Positions 1-6,218 of a stretch of DNA of 6,441 nt are shown in pieces; positions within the stretch are counted from its first letter, which is position 1, and the number at the start of each line of letters is the position of its first letter. The position numbers and the translations under genes are program-made. A model generated the notes under the pieces. That model was not told the origin of the DNA. It searched no databases and saw nothing but the letters and a program-made list of their open reading frames with translations. Source of the stretch: Amoeboradix gromovi X-113 (lineage: Eukaryota; Fungi; Sanchytriomycota); assembly GCA_018985225.1 (NCBI GenBank), contig JADGIF010000578.1:1-6441 (forward strand). Direction: 5' to 3'.

Positions 1-2
1 TA

Positions 3-332
3 AAAGTCCTGATTTCCGAGAAAATAGAGAATTTCCATAGAGAAAGTAGCAGTACTAAATTCTCCGTTACAGTGATTGCTCACGCTTGCACTACCCTGAG
101 GCGAAGTTGAATAAGGGTACATACATTTGATGTATATGTTCCTTGGTGCCATATGGTCTCTATCTGTCTCCAAACGACAGTTGATACAGGTGTAAGCTTC
201 TAAGCTGGTTTTCTTTAGAGTACCACACCTTGTACATGTCTGACTAGTAAATGATCCATTACAATCGAATATAGTCTCTCCTCTTTGTCTACATTTGAAC
301 TTCAAGCGTTCCTTGAATAAATTGTGCAGATA
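3..332 (-). pseudogene. 5'-truncated Fanzor (Fanzor2 / IS607-TnpB-like) RNA-guided nuclease remnant, C-terminal RuvC-II / zinc finger / RuvC-III region
   Basis: Manual minus-strand translation from 332, after an in-frame TGA at 335-333: YLHNLFKERLKFKCRQRGETIFDCNGSFTSQTCTRCGTLKKTSLEAYTCINCRLETDRDHMAPRNIYIKCMYPYSTSPQ..., open to the window edge. It matches the TnpB/Fanzor2 C-terminal pattern H-x-x-F-x-x-R-L-x-x-K ... N-E-S-Y-T-S-x-T-C-x-x-C-G ... C-x-x-C ... D-R-D-x-N-x-A-R-N-I. The cysteine codons start at 236, 227, 188 and 179, and DRD spans 164-156. No start codon precedes the domain and I saw no RuvC-I (D-P/L-G) motif upstream. Recognisable similarity covers about 332-126. Confidence 0.85.
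8..120 (-). ncRNA. putative Fanzor omegaRNA scaffold / transposon right end
   Basis: It lies directly 3' of the RNIYIK motif on the same strand. Minus-strand stems: UACCCU(119-114)/AGGGUA(97-92); GGAGAAUUU(65-57)/AAAUUCUCU(34-26) enclosing AGUA-cugc-UACU (56-45); and AUUUU-cucg-GAAAU (25-12), followed by CAGG (11-8). The imperfect pairs are G-U on the minus strand, the Fanzor strand. The position matches the known omegaRNA location overlapping or following TnpB/Fanzor ORF 3' ends. The assignment is inferred. Confidence 0.45.
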
Positions 333-724
333 TCACTGTCTAGGCATTGAAAGACATCTAATTCTTCCATCTTTGGACCAGCTTGTCAGTCTGAGATGAA
401 TATATGCTGTACCTGCTAGTTATTTCTTTAGATTCCATTTACTATTTGCGAAAGGAAGAATATCGAGTGTATAAGCTATTGGAAATATCTGGGAAAGTCT
501 TGAAATTATATTAAAATGAATACAAATTCGCGATATATGATTTATTCAAGAAAACAATCGAGCTATACTCAAGGCGACTAGACAAAATCTCAATAGTTTT
601 GTCTTAAAAACATAGATTTCACCGAGTAGGAATCTCACGCATTACCATCAATGCTTCTGGCGACAATCGGCTACCGGTTGCTCTTCTTTGCAAGTACACT
701 CTTTTACAATCGGTCGCTGCATTT

Positions 725-886
725 TCAAGTTCGAAGTTTGTAATAACATGCATTCATATCTCTATCCACGAGGTTAGCTTCTGCTTTTACTCTCGGTTTA
801 CTCTGTCTACATTGTTTACTTTGAGTTATAGAAACCCTCATCCTAAAGCCTTTGATAGAGTTAAATTGATAAAAAAAGCATTCATC
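725..886 (-). pseudogene. possible second, heavily decayed TnpB/Fanzor-like C-terminal relic
   Basis: The minus frame 886-725 reads DECFFYQFNSIKGFRMRVSITQSKQCRQSKPRVKAEANLVDRDMNACYYKLRT*. VDRDMNAC (769-746) resembles the RuvC-III motif (D/N)RDxNA. A DE lies about 40 codons upstream, and QRP follows in another frame. The zinc-finger cysteines are mostly absent, so support is weak. Confidence 0.25.
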
Positions 887-1022
887 TCATTGCAATTCAT
901 GATTATCTTTAAACTTGTATGAAAATTTTTACCCTTCAATTCTTCATACCGACATTAAGTGATAAAATCCTTGATCATAGTTCTGACAAGCTAAATTGCA
1001 ATTTGATGGCTGAGTGATTTAC

Positions 1023-2604
1023 TTATAGCGGTATATTTCCATGTTTCTTGTATGGGTTAACTTGCTGTTTTTTCTTTAAAATCTCCAAGTCCTTGATAAT
1101 CACATTTCTAGTTGACTTGGGCATAATCACATCATCCAAAAATCCTTTGCTGGCTGCTGGCAACGGATTGGCAAATTTTTCAGTATATTCCGACTCTCGC
1201 TGTTTAATATCCTTTGATTTTCTAAAAATGATTTCAACAGCACCTTTAGCCCCCATTACTGCAATCTCGCTAGTTGGCCACCCATAATTACAATCACCTC
1301 TTAAGTGCTTGCTACTCATAACATCATAAGCACCACCATATGCCTTTCTAGTAATTACTGTGATTTTAGGAACTGTGGCTTCGGCGTAAGCATACAATAA
1401 CTTGGCACCATGTCTGATAATGCCATTATGTTCTTGGGCTACACCTGGCAAGAAACCAGGTACATCTACCAATGTCAAGATTGGAATGTTAAAAGCATCA
1501 CAAAATCTTACCCATCTAGCGGCCTTAATCGATGAATTAATATCCAGTACCCCTGATGAAATATTAGGCTGGTTGGCTACAATTCCTATTGTTTTACCGT
1601 CCATCTAAATTAGTGTAAAATACTCTTCCAAATCCAATTATCATATTCTTCGCATAGTCTGGCATTATTTCAAAGAAATTACCATCATCCACTAATCTGG
1701 TGATAACCTGCTTCATATCGTACGCCTTGGTAGTGTCAGCAGGTACAATAGTGTCTAATGCATTATCAGCGCGATCTATTGGGTCGCTAGTATAACGAAC
1801 AGGAGGAGAGTCGCGATTACTGAGGGGCAAGAAATCAAAGAACTCACGAACCTTGGCTAAAGCTTCAATATCGTTCTCAAATGCTAAGTGTGCTACACCA
1901 GACTTTGAAGTATGGACTTTAGCACCCCCCAACTCTTCAAAAGTAACAACTTCATTAGTGACAGCCTTGACGACATCGGGACCAGTCACAAACAAATGAG
2001 AAGTATCTCTAACCATGAAAGTAAAATCAGTTAAAGCAGGGGAGTAGACAGCACCACCAGCACAAGGACCTTGAATTAGTGATATTTGAGGGATGACACC
2101 ACTGCTGAGTGTATTCTTTAGGAATATATCAGCATACCCGGCTAAACTTTCAACTCCTTCCTGAATACGGGCACCACCAGAATCGTTAAGCCCAATAATA
2201 GGGCAGCCGTTTTGAAGTGCTTTATCCATTATTTTACAGATCTTTTGAGCATGTGTTTTCGATAAGCTACCACCAAAGACTGTAAAGTCCTGGGAAAACA
2301 CATAGAGTGGGCGACCATTAATAGTTCCAGAGCCAGTAACAACACCGTCGCCGGGAAACTTTTTATTTTGCATATCAAAATCATGGCACTCGTGTTCAAC
2401 AAGCATGTCAGTTTCAGAGAATGAGCCTTTGTCTAGCAATAAAAGAACCCGTTCTCTAGCTGTAAGCTTACCCTTTGAGTGCTGCTTTTCCATAGCTAGC
2501 ACACCGCCACCTAGTTTTGATTGGTCTTGCTTATTTTTAATCTTCATTATCATCTTCTGTTCTTTAGATTGTGCAATAGCATGTCGAATTAATGTTCGTA
2601 ACAT
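1023..2604 (-). CDS. PCCB: propionyl-CoA carboxylase beta chain, mitochondrial (carboxyltransferase); exons 2604-1624 and 1604-1023, about 520 aa
   Basis: Family motifs: [100 protein letters not shown] and C-terminal KKHGNIPL. Removing a 19-nt intron joins the two supplied ORFs into GFGR|[13 protein letters not shown], the conserved GFARMNGRTVGIVGNQP segment. The N-terminus MLRTLIRH is basic and lacks acidic residues, like a mitochondrial presequence. Confidence 0.95.
1605..1623 (-). other. 19-nt spliceosomal intron (GT-AG, phase 0) in PCCB
   Basis: Minus strand GGA AGA|GTATTTTACACTAATTTAG|ATG GAC GGT. It has a GTA donor, an ACTAAT branch motif and a TAG acceptor. Removal restores the frame with no apparent gap against the conserved protein. 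Confidence 0.9.
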
Positions 2605-2839
2605 TGCCGCTACAAGTTTTGTATGATGGGGTTTCCCTATATTTTTTAATTAGCCACATTAGCAGAAGTTACTCGCTAACATGATAAAAATAAATCAATA
2701 TCGTGAGAAGGTACTGGAAATAATTCAGGGAAGCCATTTGAAAATTAACGAGATTTGACTCCGATGATTTGTCGCCGATGTCAAAAAATTCAAAAAGCAC
2801 GTGTGCCGCAGAAAATGAGTTCAACAACTATCGCGGCAG
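2605..2839. promoter_or_regulatory. 235-bp divergent intergenic region (probable bidirectional promoter) between PCCB and RPL5
   Basis: The start codons are head-to-head at 2604 (-) and 2840 (+). The region contains CACGTG at 2798-2803 and three GCGGCA/TGCCGC hexamers (2605-2610, 2804-2809, 2833-2838). Promoter function is inferred from position. Confidence 0.5.
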
Positions 2840-3730
2840 ATGCCTCTACAAAAGGAATACAAAAACACTGCTTACTACAAGCGATTTCAGACTAAAAGAA
2901 GACGTCGACGTGAAGGTAAAACCGACTACTACCAAAGAAAGAAGTTAGTCATTCAAGCAAAGAACAAGTACAACGCTGCAAAATTTCGATTAGTTGTTAG
3001 ATTTACCAACAAACATGTTATTGCACAGATTGTTAAGGCTAAGATTGTTGGTGATGTTGTTTTAGCACAAGCAAATTCTGCAGAGTTGGAGCATTTCGGA
3101 CTTAATGTTGGCTTAGCTAACTGGCCTGCTGCATACTGCACCGGTTTATTAGTTGCTAGAAGATTGCTTAAAAAGCTAAACTTGACCCAATTCTCTGGAC
3201 AAGAAGCTACTGGTGAATTCTATTTGGTTGAAGCTGATGGTGAAGTGCAACCATTCAAATGTTTCTTGGATGTGGGACTAAGAAGAACTACCACAGGATC
3301 CAAGATCTTTGGCTGTCTGAAAGGAGCTGTTGACGGTGGCCTCTTTGTTCCGCATTCTGAACGTAGATTTCCTGGTTTTGATGAAGAAAGCAAAGAATTG
3401 GAAACTGAGGTATTGAAGAAGTATATTTTTGGAGGCCATATTGCTGACTACATGACAATGTTGAAGGAAGAGGATGAGGAAAAGTACAAGAAGCATTTCT
3501 CCAAATTTGTCCAGGCAAAGATCGAGCCAAGCGGATTAGAGTCTTTATACAAGAGTACTCATGCCAAGATTCGTGCTAACCCTGAGACTCCAAAGTCCAA
3601 GGTTGACGTTGCAAAGGTCAAGGCTTTGATTAACAAGAACAGAAAGAGACCATTAAGTTTGGCCGAGAGAAAGAACAAGGTTGCACAGAAGAAAGCATCT
3701 TACAAGAAGGCATTTGACGCCATGGAATAA
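2840..3730 (+). CDS. RPL5: 60S ribosomal protein L5 (uL18), 5S rRNA-binding, 296 aa, intronless
   Basis: Eukaryotic uL18 signatures: AYYKRFQTKRRRRREGKTDYYQRKKLVIQAKNKYN, RLVVRFTNK, GLANWPAAYCTGLLVARR, FLDVGLRRTTTGSKIFGCLKGAVDGGLFVPHSERRFPG and YIFGGHIADYM. Confidence 0.97.
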   Translation: MPLQKEYKNTAYYKRFQTKRRRRREGKTDYYQRKKLVIQAKNKYNAAKFRLVVRFTNKHVIAQIVKAKIVGDVVLAQANSAELEHFGLNVGLANWPAAYCTGLLVARRLLKKLNLTQFSGQEATGEFYLVEADGEVQPFKCFLDVGLRRTTTGSKIFGCLKGAVDGGLFVPHSERRFPGFDEESKELETEVLKKYIFGGHIADYMTMLKEEDEEKYKKHFSKFVQAKIEPSGLESLYKSTHAKIRANPETPKSKVDVAKVKALINKNRKRPLSLAERKNKVAQKKASYKKAFDAME

Positions 3731-3939
3731 ATTACTGTTTTGTTTCTATCATAGCCTTCTTCATAGCTTCAAATACTCCTCATTAAAAGTCGTTATTTAC
3801 TGAAAATCAAGTGTTCTTACAAAGAAACTGACAATGCCAGTTATTAGTTACTTTGATGGTATTCGAGTATTGCTCATTATCGATCCTTTTAATTTAACTT
3901 GAGCACGCCTGGAAGAAATAGATTTTAAAACTTGGAGGT

Positions 3940-5065
3940 ATGAACTTTACTAATTCGACCATTTCTGGACTGAATGCCACTGAATGGAAGCAAGAATTAG
4001 AAATGTATTTAAACATCTCATCCCAATATCTTGGTGTGTATTTTGAAAAAGTTAAAGCAATTTCTACGGAATACACAGAACTTGGTATGAGTGAATTCGA
4101 GGATTTATTTGCATATGCGCTAATATTTATATCCGCCATTCTTCCCATTTATATAGCCTGTAAGCAAAAAAAGAAGCCAATACTTAGCCAGTCCATGACA
4201 ACCGCTGATGCTTTATGGTTTCCCGTTTCTGCAAGTGTTACCTTGTTTGGATTGTATCTTATATTCTCTGTGGTTGATATCAATACAGCGTTGAAGGCAT
4301 ATTTTACTTTGTTTGGCACTTTCGCCTGCTGGAGATTAATTGAAGACAGTGTTGGTCGCGTTTTAATCTATTTAGGTTGTTCAGAGTACCGATTAACATA
4401 CACGCACGTTAAAAAAGACGAGGACGAAGAAATTATTAGTATGAGCATGAATTCCGCATCTCTAGTACTGGCACTCATCAGTTTAGGAATTGCTGCTTCG
4501 TACTTTATGTTCAATCATTGGATTTTATCTAATATCTTGGCTTTTGCATTCGCTGTTCAAGCAATTGCCTTACTTGATCTGGACTCGGTTAAAACTGGTA
4601 TTTTGTTAATGTGGGGATTGTTTATTTATGATATATTTTGGGTATTTGGTACAGATGTCATGGTTAGTGTTGCTACCAAGGTAGATGGCCCTATCAAGTT
4701 GCAATTTCCTCGCAAGATACTAGAAGATGGAACCTGGAAATTTGCGATGCTAGGTCTAGGAGATATAGTTATTCCAGGTGTATTTATTGCCATGTGCAAG
4801 TTCTTTGATAATGTTAAAAAGACTAATAGATACTTTCTTACCGGGATGTTTGCATATGTTTTAGGTCTAGGAACTACAATATTTGTTATGCATACATATA
4901 AGCAAGCTCAGGTAATTTAAACTAACATAGCCAGCACTTCTATACTTGTCTCCTGCAGTTACAATTTTACCCTGTCTAGTTGCATTTGTTAGTGGCCATT
5001 TTAATGAGTTTTGGACATTCAACATTGACGACAAGAGACTTTTCCAGAAACAAAAAAAAGAGTAA
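3940..5065 (+). CDS. HM13: signal peptide peptidase (A22B GxGD intramembrane aspartyl protease, HM13/SPP-like); exons 3940-4911 and 4931-5065, about 368 aa
   Basis: Polytopic membrane protein with the catalytic motifs GLFIYDIFWVFG and MLGLGDIVIPG. The QPALLYL motif is restored only after removing intron 4912-4930. Exon 2 reads PALLYLSPAVTILPCLVAFVSGHFNEFWTFNIDDKRLFQKQKKE*, ending in a KxKxx ER-retrieval signal. N-terminal sequons NFT/NST/NAT fit a luminal N-terminus. Confidence 0.92.
4912..4930 (+). other. 19-nt spliceosomal intron (GT-AG, phase 0) in the SPP gene
   Basis: GCT CAG|GTAATTTAAACTAACATAG|CCA GCA CTT CTA TAC. It has a GTAAT donor, an ACTAAC branch motif, a TAG acceptor and an in-frame TAA. 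It splits the highly conserved Q|PALLYL motif exactly. Confidence 0.93.
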
Positions 5066-5094
5066 ATAAATGTAAATGATTTATTATCAGTGAG

Positions 5095-5853
5095 TTACAC
5101 TTCCTCCACGATCAGCATTCCCTGCACATCATTCAACTTCATATCCATGTCAACCAATTCTTTTTTTGGAAACATTGAAGATATGATGAAGGCATGGCCA
5201 TGATCCTTGTGAAGATCATAAAAGTTTGTTTTTTCATCATCTGACATTAAATCCTCGTTAAAAATATCAAAGTGATGTATAAAATTATACAAATCTTTGA
5301 CCAAATCAGATCTAGAAAACTCTTTTTCATAAGTGCTACCATTAAAGACTCTAAACTTCAATTTAACGCCTGAACCGCCTGAATCTGTGTAACCCATACG
5401 TAGTTGCTTACGATCGTCAAACCAAGAAGCAAACTGTTGTTTTTCCATCTGACGTTGCGCGTCTTTTTGCATTGATTCCTGCAGTCGATCCTCTTGTTCT
5501 TGCAGTACCTGAATGCGCTCATTGTTCAGTTGCATTTGTTGGTAAACTGAATTAGATTGGGCACGACAAGCTTGAAGTAGTTCAGAACACTTGGTAGGAT
5601 CAGGTTTATAAGAAAGTTTATCCACATAGTGCACACCTAGAACAGTAGCGTCGCTGGTATTTTTGAGGCCATATAATATAATGGCCGGAACAGTAGCTAA
5701 ATCAAATTCATTAAACAGTGTGTATCCCGCATTTGAATGAACAGAAAGAGGTATAAATTCATTCTCTACAACTTCGTCTATCATTTCAGAGTATAAGTAG
5801 ATCTGGCAGATGGATTTTTTTGCTAGAGAGTTTAAATCTGCAAGCGAAGTCAT
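5095..5853 (-). CDS. UBX-domain protein (probable Cdc48/p97 adaptor, reduced FAF1/FAF2-like architecture), about 252 aa
   Basis: The C-terminal UBX-like domain reads VKLKFRVFNGSTYEKEFSRSDLVKDLYNFI...FIISSMFPKKEL...MLIVEEV, with the R...FP(R/K) signature. A Q/E-rich coiled coil (NERIQVLQEQEDRLQESMQKDAQRQMEKQQ) and a possible UAS-like segment precede it. The supplied ORF starts at a TTG (5883). The first ATG is at 5853 and the true start is uncertain. Confidence 0.7.
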   Translation of the reverse strand: MTSLADLNSLAKKSICQIYLYSEMIDEVVENEFIPLSVHSNAGYTLFNEFDLATVPAIILYGLKNTSDATVLGVHYVDKLSYKPDPTKCSELLQACRAQSNSVYQQMQLNNERIQVLQEQEDRLQESMQKDAQRQMEKQQFASWFDDRKQLRMGYTDSGGSGVKLKFRVFNGSTYEKEFSRSDLVKDLYNFIHHFDIFNEDLMSDDEKTNFYDLHKDHGHAFIISSMFPKKELVDMDMKLNDVQGMLIVEEV

Positions 5854-5876
5854 TATAAAACAAGGAAATTCTACAA

Positions 5877-6218
5877 ATGGCAAAACCTAAGAGCAAGACC
5901 AATATGAAGAACATGGGTACCAAGTGTATAGCTATAAATAAGATTTATTATTTACATAATTTGGCACTGCTTTGCAATAATTCAAAGATGATTAAGCACT
6001 ACAATCGAGAAATAATTGATATTGCCCACAAGTCACAACTAAGGTTAGACCCTAGCATGAAGCAAGTGATTTGCAAAATGTGTTGTGACTGGCTGTATAG
6101 CAGATTAGAAGGCAATGAGCTGCACTGCAACTGTCGATGTGGATATCTAAAAATTTATCCACTCTCAAATAAGACTAGATATACTGATATGCTAGACATT
6201 AAAGAATTGCCAATGTGA
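5877..6218 (+). CDS. RPP21: RNase P/MRP subunit of the Rpp21/Rpr2/Snm1 family (zinc ribbon), 113 aa
   Basis: The pattern KIYYLHNLA...HY...IAHKSQLRLDPSMKQVICKMC...CNCRCGYLKIYP matches the family consensus R-l-n-YL...Y...i-a-k-k-x-x-x-R-l-d-p-s-x-K-R-x-x-C-K-x-C...C-x-x-C-G. The size is typical. Confidence 0.75.
   Translation: MAKPKSKTNMKNMGTKCIAINKIYYLHNLALLCNNSKMIKHYNREIIDIAHKSQLRLDPSMKQVICKMCCDWLYSRLEGNELHCNCRCGYLKIYPLSNKTRYTDMLDIKELPM

Noticed and set aside
212-223. 12-bp inverted match (GTACTCTAAAGA) to 6219-6230, and an 11-bp inverted match 312-322/540-550
   Set aside because: Matches of this length are expected by chance in 6.4 kb of AT-rich sequence and do not delimit an element.
781-800. 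GCTTTTAC resembling U5 snRNA loop 1
   Set aside because: It does not match the invariant GCCUUUUAC and has no convincing closing stem.
1594-1623. PCCB as two separate genes, a frameshifted pseudogene or a programmed frameshift
   Set aside because: A 19-nt GT-AG intron restores the conserved sequence, and a near-identical intron occurs in the SPP gene.
1048-2626. Short + strand ORFs 1048-1287, 1402-1608 and 2405-2626
   Set aside because: They are antisense shadows of PCCB with no recognisable motifs.
2819-2839. 21-nt GT...AG stretch before the RPL5 ATG as an intron joining ATG 2815 to RPL5
   Set aside because: Removal leaves ATG 2815 out of frame, there is no ACTAAY, and RPL5 from 2840 already has a normal N-terminus.
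2953-4148. Short - strand ORFs 2953-3141, 3278-3496, 3288-3530 and 3894-4148
   Set aside because: They are antisense to RPL5 or SPP and have no independent support.
5854-5914. TTG start at 5883 for the UBX gene, and a hydrophobic minus-strand mini-ORF (MFFILVLLLGFAIC...) as an extra first exon
   Set aside because: A TTG start is unlikely in a eukaryote. The hydrophobic peptide is the antisense of the Lys/Asn-rich Rpp21 N-terminus, and no intron matching the local consensus links it to the UBX frame.
1023-6218. Alternative nuclear code (TAA/TAG = Gln), as in many ciliates and some other protists
   Set aside because: PCCB, RPL5, SPP and the UBX gene end at TAA at the expected C-termini, and their exons contain no internal in-frame TAA/TAG.
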